From Podarcis bocagei (Eukaryota), in assembly GCA_964188305.1 (NCBI GenBank), contig OZ076897.1: a stretch of DNA of 64,000 nt; one strand, given 5' to 3'. The position numbers were made by a program, and so were the translations under genes. Numbering within the stretch: position 1 is the first letter of the stretch; each line of letters begins with the position of its first letter. The notes beneath the pieces are model-generated. The model ran no database searches and was not told the origin of the DNA. It saw only the letters and a list, made by a program, of their open reading frames with translations. Below are positions 12,101 through 64,000 of this stretch, piece after piece.

Positions 12101-13505
12101 GGTAAATGTGTAAGTCAAGTGACCGACTTGGATGATACCAAATAATGGACTTTTGTCTTCCTGCTGAAATCTGGAATTGGAAATCCAGGGGAATGGGGGT
12201 GGGCATGAAAATATTTAATGGTAGCATTGTCTCTCCCCCCACCCCATGCTTGCGCATGTCTGCAGTAAACCATCTCCTGCTTTTTTGAGTTTTGTTCCAG
12301 TACTTGGCTGCAGTTTCCTAAATGTCAGCGACGGGAACAGATGCCGTTTGAAGCATTTCAGATGACACTGTCAATACTAACTCCCTGTTTAACAGACCGC
12401 AGTGAGAGCCTATTAACCACCCACCAAAACGTTTCCACCCTCACCTAACAACCCTACAAGCATTGCCAATGTTGTGAACAGCCCAGTTTTTGTGGCGNNN
12501 NNNNNNNNNNNNNNNNNNNNNNNNNNNNNNNNNNNNNNNNNNNNNNNNNNNNNNNNNNNNNNNNNNNNNNNNNNNNNNNNNNNNNNNNNNNNNNNNNNNN
12601 NNNNNNNNNNNNNNNNNNNNNNNNNNNNNNNNNNNNNNNNNNNNNNNNNNNNNNNNNNNNNNNNNNNNNNNNNNNNNNNNNNNNNNNNNNNNNNNNNTCT
12701 CCTGTCAACTTCTCAACACACTCTGTCCATCTTCTGTCCCATAGCTGAGGGAGGGGTGGGGGAAGGAAGGAAGGAAGGAAGGAAGGAGGAAGGAAGGAAG
12801 GGAGGGAGGGAGGCCTCCCAGGGTCCAGCCCATAGGTGCAAGATTTAGTGCCAGCTTCCGAAAGACTATATCCATTCTTCCTTTCTGCAAGCCTATTTTC
12901 CCATACAGCTCCCTCTTTTTTTTAATGTTATTGTGTATGTTGACTTAAATTGTCTCCCACCATCTTTATTTATTTACAGGCTAATGGAAGTGCTAAGAGA
13001 GCTGGTGGGGACTGTAAGGCCACTTCCCCTAACCTGTCTGCTTCAAAAATTCCAGCCTTTCCTTCCACCTCTGGGAAAAGTAGCTCTGTTTCTAGTGGTA
13101 ATAGCACTAACCTTCTGAGACCCCCCTACTAAAGCCTCTGCCCCTTCTTCTAACCCTCTCAGTCCTCCAACAGGTCGCCCTCCTCATTCCGCTTCCCTAA
13201 TCCCCTCTGTCTCGAATGGCTCCTTGAAGTTCCAGAGTCCCGCTCACACAGGTAAAGGTCACCATCCTCTTTCATTCTCAAATACAGACTCAAAATGGGG
13301 CCACCCCCTCCTCCAGCTCCCTTTTCCTCCTCCTCTCCTCCTTCTCCTCTCCCCCTCCTCCTCCTCCTCCTCTCCCCCATCACTGAGTCAAGGTTTGAAG
13401 AGCATCCGCTCGATCCACACACCCAGCTTCACCAGCTACAAGTCCCAGAACGGAAGTGTCAGCAAACCCGCCCAATCTTCCTCCGTCACCAAGGAATCAA
13501 CTTAA
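25..13505 (+). CDS. KIAA1217: KIAA1217 / sickle tail protein homolog (SKT), 3' part, spliced CDS join(25..172,1669..2164,2455..2635,3462..3613,4265..4405,5806..5925,9854..11401,11918..12042,12980..13505); 5' exons outside window
   Basis: Exons with GT-AG boundaries and consistent phases encode motifs I recognise from SKT: FPTLQNKMRAILRIEVEAVRFLKEEPHKLD, KAEKKWEEKRQNLDHYNGKEFEKLLEEAQANIMKSIP, KKPVIIIFDEPMDIRSAYKRLSTIFEECDEELE, KKKFKFKFPKKQLAALTQAIRTGTKTGKKTLQVVVYEEEEE. Convergent with ARHGAP21 as in mammals. The last two exons contain apparent indels. Confidence 0.95.
344..399. repeat. Compound microsatellite (GTGA)n(ATCA)n
   Basis: Visible tetranucleotide tandem arrays. Confidence 0.9.
1016..1366 (+). 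mobile_element. Sauria SINE (tRNA-derived head, ACCTTT tail), near full length
   Basis: B box GGTTCGAATCC 1068-1078, core aagtagataaataggtacc-like segment, tail ccctttacctttac; near-identical to the - strand copy at 44892-45252. Confidence 0.9.
1669..2164 (+). CDS. KIAA1217: KIAA1217 coding exon (R)HVTDGLLKGVDPSQAAQY...MQSLFIEELHSASTRNRALSIE
   Basis: tcttatag|G acceptor, GAG|gtacac donor; overlaps ORF 1697..2263; phase 2 to 0. Confidence 0.93.
2455..2635 (+). CDS. KIAA1217: KIAA1217 coding exon KAEKKWEEKRQNLDHYNGKEFEKLLEEAQANIMKSIPNLEMPP...KIEVS
   Basis: tttctcttag|AAA acceptor, G|gtaagg donor, 181 nt. Confidence 0.94.
2986..3219. mobile_element. Degenerate hAT-type MITE
   Basis: Ends CAGAGGTGGCCAAC / GTTGGACTTGCCTG, repeated GTGATCTAC subterminal motif, imperfect ctataa-containing flanks. 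Confidence 0.55.
3462..3613 (+). CDS. KIAA1217: KIAA1217 coding exon with polyproline motif KSPPPPPPRRSY
   Basis: ttttcag|AAG acceptor, AAG|gtttgg donor, 152 nt, restores phase 0. Confidence 0.92.
4265..4405 (+). CDS. KIAA1217: KIAA1217 coding exon ESSEDAAQG...KEEEEEDGDRIMAELQ
   Basis: ctacttag|GAA acceptor, CAG|gtatga donor, 141 nt, phase 0/0. Confidence 0.92.
5806..5925 (+). CDS. KIAA1217: KIAA1217 coding exon AFQKCSYMDVNSNSHVEQSRNDTHTKDARPVALIHPKEKK
   Basis: ctctctag|GCT acceptor, AAG|gtaaca donor, 120 nt, phase 0/0. Confidence 0.92.
6433..6641. mobile_element. Tc1/mariner (pogo/Tigger-like) MITE
   Basis: TA|CAGTCATACCTC ... AAGGTTCCACTG|TA degenerate TIRs with TA duplication. Confidence 0.7.
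7282..7423 (-). mobile_element. tRNA-Lys(CTT)-derived SINE with CR1-like 3' end
   Basis: - strand TAGCTCAGTCAGTAGAGCATGAGACTCTTAATCTCAGGGT followed by GATTCCTGC...TCTATGATTGTATG tail. Confidence 0.8.
9654..9729 (+). pseudogene. KIAA1217: Decayed KIAA1217 pseudoexon (NLE*-frameshift-PLEEVQKSAEDHGNGSALM*K)
   Basis: Resembles the human exon NLEFFHEDVRKSDVEYENGPQMEFQK (recalled) at the expected position 124 nt before the large exon; no acceptor AG, two stops, one frameshift. Confidence 0.6.
9854..11401 (+). CDS. KIAA1217: KIAA1217 large coding exon (516 codons)
   Basis: ttccccctag|GTG acceptor, AAG|gtactt donor; ORF 9854..11410 with conserved SKT motifs; phase 0/0. Confidence 0.96.
11918..12042 (+). 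CDS. KIAA1217: KIAA1217 penultimate exon GSTSTSQTSRMPIPAAAK/SRQQSNADKTSKPHKLQDQRQYRQ, with an apparent 1-nt deletion at about 11968-11971
   Basis: ctcacag|GGT acceptor, CAG|gtagtt donor; 125 nt as written, and the two halves match the SKT sequence in different frames. Confidence 0.88.
12498..12697. other. Assembly gap (200 N) in the last KIAA1217 intron
   Basis: Run of exactly 200 N. Confidence 0.99.
12761..12812. repeat. (GAAG/GGAG)n purine microsatellite next to the assembly gap
   Basis: Visible tandem array. Confidence 0.85.
12980..13505 (+). CDS. KIAA1217: KIAA1217 last coding exon ANGSAKRAGGDCK...IHTPSFTSYKSQNGSVSKPAQSSSVTKEST*, with several apparent indels
   Basis: tttacag|GCT acceptor; homology runs across ORFs 12950..13132, 13224..13505 and 13295..; stop TAA at 13503-13505. 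Confidence 0.88.
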
Positions 13506-14660
13506 AAGCTCTATACCGGCTAGTGCAAGTTGCAGACAAAATCTTCTCAGTTGCTGATGTCGACATGCAGCTGAGGAGCGCGTACTGTAGAGTTTCAGGC
13601 GGAAATGCGAAACTTGTGCTAAATACTGCGTTATTACAAGTGAGAGACAAAAAGTAGTTTTGTAGGCATTCGCTGCTGTCAAAATGCCAGAGGGGGGAGG
13701 GCGAGGGTGGGGGGTGGTTGGGTTCCCTTCAGCCAGAAACTGTTACAAAAAGTACAATGGGAGTATGAATGAAACTAGAAGTATGAGTGCACAGAAATGG
13801 ATCGAGCATGAAAATAAAGTGTATTAAAGCGAGTTCTTTTGTATAAAGCTATTTTTAAGTATGAGAACTAAACATCGTGTGATAATGCAAAATTATAAAA
13901 CTGAAACTAAGATATTTTCTTTTATTTTAGTGTTATCCAAATTTGTTACAGATTTCTATTTTTGTCAAAAAACAAAACAAAAAACCCTTCATGGTTACTT
14001 TCAGAAATCTTTTTTGCCAAAACATTTGATACTATTATAACGTACATTTTGATAGTTATGCTGAACACCTTCCTCTGCACAAGCGACAAGAGTTAAGACT
14101 GAGACTGACGTGGTAGGAGGCAACTTTACCTATTGCACTGCCATTCAGATTATATTTAATAATAATTTGCGATGCCAAGGAAAAAAATTGTTTTTACATT
14201 TAGGCATTTGCTGATTCCCTTTTGCTTCCTTCATTTTTCCATTTTTTACTGAGACCTGGGTAAAAATCATGTAGTACTACCATGTGGATTATTTTTTAAA
14301 AGTGTATACTTCTGTACTGTTCTGTATAATGGAAAAACCTCTGTACATATTATAAATATATAAATATAAATATATAAATATAAAATATAAGTACAGTATG
14401 CGGCTGGGCACAGACAAGAGTAGTTTTCGACACCAAAGGTCCATTTTATGCATGGTTCTCAAGTACACTTTGGGAAAAGGTCAGTGAGGGACAACTGGGA
14501 GTTGCCAAGGGGGGGTGGGGTGGGCAGGGATGGGTTTCAAAAAGCAACCTGTGTGGCAAGGCGAGTGGTTCTTATTGTAAATATCTTATTTGTACAACTC
14601 TATAATACAGAAGCGGGGGAAAAAACCTTTGCAAAAATAAAGGGCTGCATGCTTATGTTG
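13506..14660 (+). other. KIAA1217: KIAA1217 3' UTR with proximal and distal poly(A) signals
   Basis: AT-rich; AATAAA 13813-13818 plus ATTAAA 13823-13828; AATAAA 14636-14641 followed by GU-rich sequence; Pumilio-type TGTANATA at 14342 and 14576. Confidence 0.65.
14636..14641 (+). terminator. Distal polyadenylation signal of KIAA1217
   Basis: AATAAA with upstream TGTA motifs and downstream tatgttgtggtatgattttgt. Confidence 0.6.
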
Positions 14661-16428
14661 TGGTATGATTTTGTCACTAATCAATTATTTCATAGTTTTC
14701 ATACTAGCCCCCCAATGCACTTGGGTGGAGCCATTGCACATTTTAGTCCCATTGATATCAGTGGGAGAAGTATGCATATTCTTCAGTCTGTCCCACTGAA
14801 AGAAAAGGGCATAAGCACTTCAAAGTCATGGTGGGTTGTGTCTGCTGTTTGCTATAAATACATACAAAGGTGAGCAACTTCATGCATTGACCAAAATGCA
14901 CTAGTTTTACATGTGCAGGTTACATTTTGTCAGTGGCAGCTGTCTCAACCCGCCTAATGGTAGGGCGAGCACCAGCCATACACAGAGGACAGTGCGTAAA
15001 TGGCTACTAGGCTATACACTGCCTGTGGCAGGAGGCCCTTGAATGCCTGCTGCTGGGAATCACATGTGTGGAGTGTTGTTGCACTCAGGTCTTACCTGTG
15101 GGTTTCCCATAGGCCTCTGGTTGGAGGGTGGAATAGGATGCTGGACTAGATGGGCCAATGGCTTGATCCAGCAGGGCAGCTTGTCTACAAGTGGCCATTT
15201 TGCTGCAGGAAATCATGATGGGAAGCTGAGGACCAATGCAGCTTCCTGTCTCAATTTTTTTGTGTTATGCAAGCACCACAGTTAGTGGCAGCTACCACAG
15301 TGGTGGCTGCCACTAACATAGGGACAACACCCTGCTTGTCTTGCTTGTTTTATAATAACGTGCAGCAGATTATCATGCTGGCCCAATACTGCAATCTGCA
15401 AAAATGTAAGTGAACAGAAGCCTCTTGCGTGACCTTGTTCAGGAATTTTAAGGAGCCAGTAGTTTTTAAATTAGTGCAGTTTTCAAAGGAACGGTCTCCC
15501 ATCTGAATCCAAAATGGCAGCCACCTGACTTCAAGACATAATAGAAAACATGCTCCTTGAACTCAGGAACCATCACACAAAATCTGGTTACAATATCTTA
15601 AGAAGTGTCCAAATATATAGGGGAAAAACAATTTTCCAAATTATATAGTTGATACTTCCATCACACACATCTAGCAACTGCATACCTTTGGAAGCAAGTA
15701 AAACAACACTCTGTTAAGAGCAAGTCACAAACATAAAGTTCTTGCATATCAGTCCACCCAGTGGATGGGCTACATTTGCCCCTGCATAAATAAATAAATA
15801 AATAAATAACCATATCTATTATCTATATAGGAATAAAGTAAGATTGAAAAACAATTTCAGTTTACAGGAAAAGGTTTCTGCTCACTTGGAAGATGAATTC
15901 TTAGGTGCTGATGCAGCATGTGAAAGTTCCTTAATTTTTTTAAGGTTCTGAGAGCCCCATCTCCAGCTAGCTGATATTACTCCTTGTAGACAAAGGCTAC
16001 CAGAAAAGTGGAAAGGTGAGTGGTAGGCTCACCTTTACCATTTGGGGGATGAGGTTTAGGAAACTTCCACCATTACCAGTTGTTCAGCATTACAACCACT
16101 CATTGCTCCAGAGTGTTACTAACTTTATTTATATCCACCCTCTTCAAAGTCCACACACAAAGCTACAAAACAAAATTATGTTTCTGCCAGCAGAGCCAGC
16201 ACAATCAACCCACAAATCAAGCAGCCCTTGGGCAAAATTCTCCCTTGAACATGTACATTTTACGCATTTGCTGAAGGCCTAGAGCAGGGATAACTCGGAG
16301 AACTCTGATTTAAGAGAGGGGCAGAGCTTTTCCCCCAAAAGCAATGGTGGTGACATTCTGGCTAACTCTTGTTTTTTAAGAATGCCAGTGCCTCTTTTTT
16401 AAAAAAGCACTGACTGCTGGTATCCACC

Positions 16429-16805
16429 TTTTTTTTTTTTTTTTATAAAATTTTTATTGGTTTTGCAACATTTTTAGGAAAAACAAACAAACACAAAAAG
16501 TGACAAACATACATGAATAGTTTCAAACATATTTTCATAAACCTCTTTTCTTGAACTTCCCCATACCCCCCCTCTCTGCATCCCAATGTCCATAATTCAA
16601 CAAGCAACTCCCAGTTGTTACTTTCTAATCTCTGTCATCTTAGTCTCTTTTATAGTCTAACCTTGTATCCCTGTACCCTTTTGCTTCTGGAAACCACAAC
16701 ATTTTAGCATTCATTAAGTTTATAGTAGTCCTTAAGATAACTTTTAAATTTTCTCCATTCTTCTTCCACCGTCTCTTTTCGTTGATCACGGATTCTGCCT
16801 GTCAT
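16429..16805 (-). mobile_element. 5'-truncated L1-type LINE 3' end
   Basis: - strand ORF2-like end MTGRIRDQRKETVEEEWRKFKSYLKDYYKLNEC*, G-rich 3' UTR, AATAAA and poly(A) tail (T run at 16429-16444). Confidence 0.7.
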
Positions 16806-19800
16806 CTTTTGACCAATCTTGGTGAACCTGGAAATGCTGCGGTCTGGGTAAAGTAGACATAAATCCAAACGCCACGGCAAATACCAAGACAAACTTCTGA
16901 TAAGCACCTGAATTTTCAGACTTCGGGGTATATTATTAATAACACAATTGCCATCAGCATGTGTGGCACTTTACAATCTAAGAGGGCTCATCACTTAAGG
17001 ACCTGACAATCTGAAATTTGGCACATGAGAGGCACGAAGAGGCAAACAGTGTGTTTCCGTCGCATATACTCAGTTACAGTAAGGCATGAGATCTGGGGCA
17101 GGGGGTGTTCCAAAGGCTTACATGGAGACAGATGTCGAGTGGTTTGAAATAAAATGTATATGCTGCCATATCATAAAGTATCAGGGTGGCACAAAACAAC
17201 ATGTAAACAGCAAAACATGACATGATTTAAAACACCACAAAATAATCATTGAAATGGCTCAGCAATCAAGAACACCTTAGACAACTGCATAGGCCTATTG
17301 GCATAAAATGCTCTTCAAGAGAAGCCTGAAGGTAATGCTGCCTGCTGAATCCTCAAGAGTGTCTTCTACAGCATGAGACCAGCGACACAAAATGACTGAC
17401 ATCTATCAGAAGCCAGTGAGGCCTCTAACACGGGAGACAACTAGCATCATGCAGTAAAGACCAAAAGGGTAGAGGAAGCAATATAGTTTCAGATAGTGGA
17501 GGAAGGTGACTGAGTGGTAAGAGGGAAGGCTTTACAGGCAGGGATGCTTGTGCCTGTAGTGGACCATAGTCCTCTATGGCAAATGGAGAAGAGGGCAGGG
17601 GCAGGGAAGCTACCATGGAAGACATCAAATGGAAGAACTAGGTGCTTGAATTGGCTCTAGGAGCAGACAGGAAGCCAGTCTTGTGATCAAAGGAAATGGG
17701 GGGCAATTCATTTTGGAAGCAGTGGGTTGGATAAGAGAGACATGGGCCGTTCCAAGTGGAAAAGGCTGCAAGAGGCAACAGACTCAAACCAGGGTTTTCA
17801 CCAAAGGGGCAGAGACTAAAGGCCGTATTTTTGCAACGTTGAAATGGTGGAAGCAAGAGAACTTGACAAAGGATGGCACACAGGTAACAAAGGGACAGAA
17901 GAATCAAAGACAAAAAGAAGCCTTTCTATCTGCTCAACTGTATGATAAAGTGGGACTGGGATATATTGAGTATGAGATGACACTGGACATCTCGTGACAC
18001 TCAAAATCTTCTGCCTAAAGTTAGGGCTGGCCCCAGATGTGACAGTGAAAGGCATCTGATTATAAAACACCAAAGAGAAAGTCTAACGAGGGTGTGCACA
18101 TATAGAATCATAATTACAAACATACACGGTGCATAAAGCATCAGAGATAAAAGTCTGAAGCTGTATCACTTCATAACTAAATTAAAATGAGGGTTCATTA
18201 ACATAACTCTTAGGGGTACAGTGGACTGTTTCTCTCCACATCCCACCCTCACTCCAATCTGGACTGAATACAAGCAAGTTTGTGCAAAGAAGCTTATTTA
18301 TATACTGCTTTTCACTTATACATTTATGAATCGCAATGCAATTCACAATATACATAAAATCATTAAAACCAGCATTCCAAATATCAAGAGAGTCATAATT
18401 TCAACAACTACAGCTTCAAGAACCAAAAGAGAACTGCATACAGTCAGGAAACACCAAGGTAAGCAGAAAGGTCTTTTAACTGTCTATGAAAGCACCTCAT
18501 CATCAGTACCTGACTTATCTCCATAGGGAACTCAATCCACAAAATGGGAACAAACTCTCTTTTAAACCCTGGCCTAGCACATTTCAATAGGTCATGGTAC
18601 AGTCAGGAGAGCACAGCCCGTAGATCAAAGCTGTATGGGCGCACATTATGACTCATTGCAAACAGCTCTAAATGTATTGAACTGCAGGCTACTGAAACTA
18701 CTTCTATCGCTCTTTCCCACAAGTTCCATCAGCTTACATAGAAACGAAGCACCCTGCTACCATTGTGTGAATTGGCCCCAATATGCAACACAATGGTGTT
18801 GGTCTGCAGCTACCAAAAACACTTGAGACACTTGTCCGTGTGTGTCTCCATCTTCGGTAAACTAGCTGCTCTGAAGGTATAAATTTCTACACTCACATAC
18901 ATAAATAACCACCTCATCCACTCCACAGCTCTTGAATGAATCGGGATCCTGTCCCTGAAAACTAATAGCACAGCGTTTATGATGGATGCTTGAAAATACA
19001 GCCTTATAGCATGTAGCAACGGATTTATGTCAAGTTGCTGCTCATGCAAGTTGGGATTTTTTACACCACAGCAACCTCACGGTGAAAACTGAATGCATAC
19101 GTGAACCAGTCCTTATTTTCTTGCAGTACTGTAAATCCTCCTACCCCTAGTAACTGGGAAGAGGAGGTGGGGTGGAGGGGAAAAAAATGTCCTTGCAATG
19201 GCTTCCTACGAATGGAACTGGAATTTCCATGGAGGTTTGAACAGTGAGGTGACCAAGGAGTTTGCTTTCACGTCTTAATAGACTTTGTGCTGTGTTAATC
19301 CAGAATAAATGTCCGTCATGCCATACTCCTGTTACCTGATTTGAGACTTGGGAAGTGGGGTCTGAGATGCCTCAGTTTGAGAATAATACCTCAGCTCAGA
19401 GCTACAAAAGAGAATCTACTGTAAGGCCTTTAAGACTCGAGACTCCAGACTTAATACTGCAAGAAACACCGTCCTCTATCTTGCAAACATGTTTATCATT
19501 TCAACATGGGAATCTGCCCTGATTCACCTGCCCAATGGTACTTGGGTGGTGTTTGGAGGAGATAATGTCAAATTATCTCCTCCAAACACCATCCACCCTC
19601 ACAGTAGGGCATACCTCACCCAAAATCCCCAAAGTAACTTGTGGCAGAGCTTGGAAGTCCATACAATCCAAACAAAACAGACACCCATAAAACCTGCACA
19701 AGGCCTTTGATATATCCAAAGTGATTCTCAGTACCGAGGCTTCTGTTTGCAAGAACAATATGACAATAAGAGTGGGCTGCAAAAGAATTAATCCACGATA

Positions 19801-20009
19801 AACCATCAGCCCCATCCCTAAATAAAATTCACAAACAAGCCCTGATCAAGCCTTCACTTGTCATTTTAATAACCATTTCCTACATCATGGACCTTTTTGG
19901 CAACCACTTTTCATTTTCTCATTACTGGGTGGGTATAGTCAGTGAACTTAGATTATATGAACTTGACATTTTTCATTCTTCCCCCTTTAAGGAAAGTCAG
20001 TCCATGCAA

Positions 20010-20902
20010 AGAACCATCAAAACAATTTTATTTCCAGTGTTTTAAGCGGGTATGCACACAGGCATGATACAGATTTGGATTCATTAAAGTCTTCATGCAG
20101 AATTATATTCTCAATAAAAGAAACCAGTTCCATCCAGGATCCACTATCTACACGCCTATGTTACAACATTTATATCAAATCTGGTATCTGAGGAAAAGAT
20201 ACACATGGAGTATATACATTTAAGTTACTTATTTTACAGAAAGATTAAAAATTCAAGTCACATAAAACTCAAAAACTGTATTAAAACTGGAATATAAAAC
20301 TCAGAAATCCAACTGGAATGCCTAAGGAATGGAAGCTCTGTACCCACCTGTGTTAAAATTTGTAAAATGTCATGAAACGTCTTACCAGTAAAATGTATTC
20401 ATTTGTTGTTTATATTAACATCCTCTAATTTAACAATTATTATGGCACCCTAACAAACCAAATGAACTTTTTTTTTTGATGAGGCACTTGTTAGTGACTA
20501 AAGCCAAAAGAACATTTTTTCCCTGCATACTAATGCCAGTTGTCAGTCATAAAAAACATGTACACATTACATAACATGTTGCATTAGATGCTTTGTTCCA
20601 CATGTGTATGCAGCAATCAAATATACTTTTATTTAAAATAAATTTATTTTTATATATTTATATATATTTATTTATATATATATATATTTTAGACTCTACC
20701 CTCCCACCCAATATTGTGGCTGTATTAATGCACCATAAAGACCTTTTCCACAGCGCATATAGATGAAACAAACCTCCTTTGAGAGCTGCAAAAGTAACAT
20801 CATACAGGGGGAAATAAACACATACAGAAAAACTGGGAAAGTGTTAAAAAAGAAGCTGCTAATTGAATTGCTGTAGTGGACATCTGAATTTCTCTCTCCA
20901 TT
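20010..20902 (-). other. ARHGAP21: ARHGAP21 3' UTR
   Basis: Follows stop at 20903; AU-rich; TGTANATA elements at 20145-20152 and 20211-20218; additional AATAAA at 20628-20633. Confidence 0.6.
20027..20032 (-). terminator. Polyadenylation signal of ARHGAP21
   Basis: TTTATT on + (AATAAA on -) at the end of an AT-rich UTR-like tract about 870 nt past the stop codon. Confidence 0.6.
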
Positions 20903-62837
<41,935 letters not shown>

Positions 62838-63639
62838 CTAAAAGAAAATTACAAATACAGTCATTACGAGAGATTGGAAAGATTAATTATACCTCATTCT
62901 TCTTTATATTAAGTAATAGGATTCAAATGATTTTAATTCATTTGACAATCAGAGAATTAGCATCTGCTCTGTTTAAAGCAAGAGAACATGACATATTTTA
63001 CAGATACATGGAAAATATTTGAGCCGTCTTTGTAAAAACCATTAGTAGAGCTAGGGCTCCCCCCCCCCGCCAGAACTCAGGAGGGTGCCACTGCCATTAT
63101 AAGAAAGCGAGGGAGGTGAGTTTGGGCACCTCTTTTTCTAGAAAAATAGCTCTGGGAATAGCTGTAGGCACAAGAAACTTTATTTTTCACAACTGTATTG
63201 TGTGTACCATCTTTCATCGCCATTCATACCTCACCTATTCTAATGGGATCTCGTGACTATACATAGTGAAATCATAATTACAAATATAATAACCAATATT
63301 CCGAAAACTGCCAAAACTTTGCAGACTCAAGAGCCAATGGAATCAAGAGCCAATTACATTAGGATGTTTATATGTAATATTTCTGGCAAAACTAATTAGA
63401 AGTGGTTCAAAATCTTTGCACATTAAAGCTCACAGGGCCAATGTGGAAAAAGTGTCCATAAGACCATAAGAAGAGGCCTGTTGGATCAGGCCAAAGGTCC
63501 ATCTGTTCCAGCATCCTGTTGCTACAGTGGCCACCCAAGAAACGTTTTGAAAAATACATTGAATTTGGCATAGCTCACTGTCGCCATCTAATGCCACATT
63601 TGTATACTGCACTTTACAACACATTTAAAACGTTTTCTT

Positions 63640-63820
63640 TGCAGCTGTATAGCTGAGTCCTCTGCCTCAAACTCACTATGCTGCCTTTCCGCCCAACTCC
63701 TCACCTACAACATGGAGATAATGATACTGGCCTGTCTTTCAGTGCTGCTGTAAATTTTCCTGACACATAAGAAATGCTTTGAACACTATGAAAGTGCTAT
63801 AGAAATGGTAAGTATTATTT
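63640..63820 (+). mobile_element. Old MIR/CORE-like SINE fragment
   Basis: acatggagataatgatactg...gctttgaacact...gtgctatagaaatggtaagtattatt. Confidence 0.55.
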
Positions 63821-64000
63821 AATATTACTGAAGTACACCAGGCTGAGTTTATTCATTAATATTTTCTATGAAAATGTTAACATTTTCTGATGGAACCTGC
63901 TGAACAGCAAGATGAATTCCAAAATTATATCAAATCCTGCTGTTTATCTTCCTTGCACTTAAAAAAACCACACCAACCAAAACCACTAAGAAAGAACAAT

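Noticed and set aside
11918-13505. KIAA1217 as a pseudogene
   Set aside because: Upstream exons are intact; the indels are confined to homopolymers next to an assembly gap, and the protein is conserved between them
62838-64000. Next upstream ARHGAP21 small exon (DEENGNRG-like)
   Set aside because: No matching sequence with splice sites found; presumably beyond the window

Overview
Vertebrate (squamate, most likely lacertid lizard, judged from Sauria SINEs, BovB fragments and MITE families) genomic DNA with two convergent multi-exon genes in the same tail-to-tail arrangement as human 10p12. On the + strand is the 3' half of KIAA1217 (sickle tail/SKT): 9 coding exons from 25 to 13505 and a 3' UTR to about 14660. 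On the - strand is most of ARHGAP21 (PDZ-PH-RhoGAP): 22 coding exons from 62837 down to 20903 that splice by hand into one open frame of 5696 nt, with a 3' UTR to about 20010. The 5' exons of both genes lie outside the window. Introns carry SINEs, LINE fragments, TA-flanked Tc1/mariner-type MITEs, hAT MITEs, microsatellites and a 200-N gap. No prokaryotic-type system is present; the notable signals are in splicing. (1) A BovB fragment inserted 3 nt into an ARHGAP21 intron, and its 11-bp target-site duplication duplicated the 5' splice site. (2) One or two candidate stop-containing microexons (23 and 21 nt) could give a tail-less ARHGAP21 that escapes NMD. (3) There is a candidate recursive AG|GT site and an exon junction that regenerates a strong donor. 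(4) KIAA1217 carries a decayed pseudoexon matching a human coding exon. (5) Apparent frameshifts cluster in the last two KIAA1217 exons around the gap and are probably assembly errors. All homology statements rest on my recall of the human proteins, not on a search.
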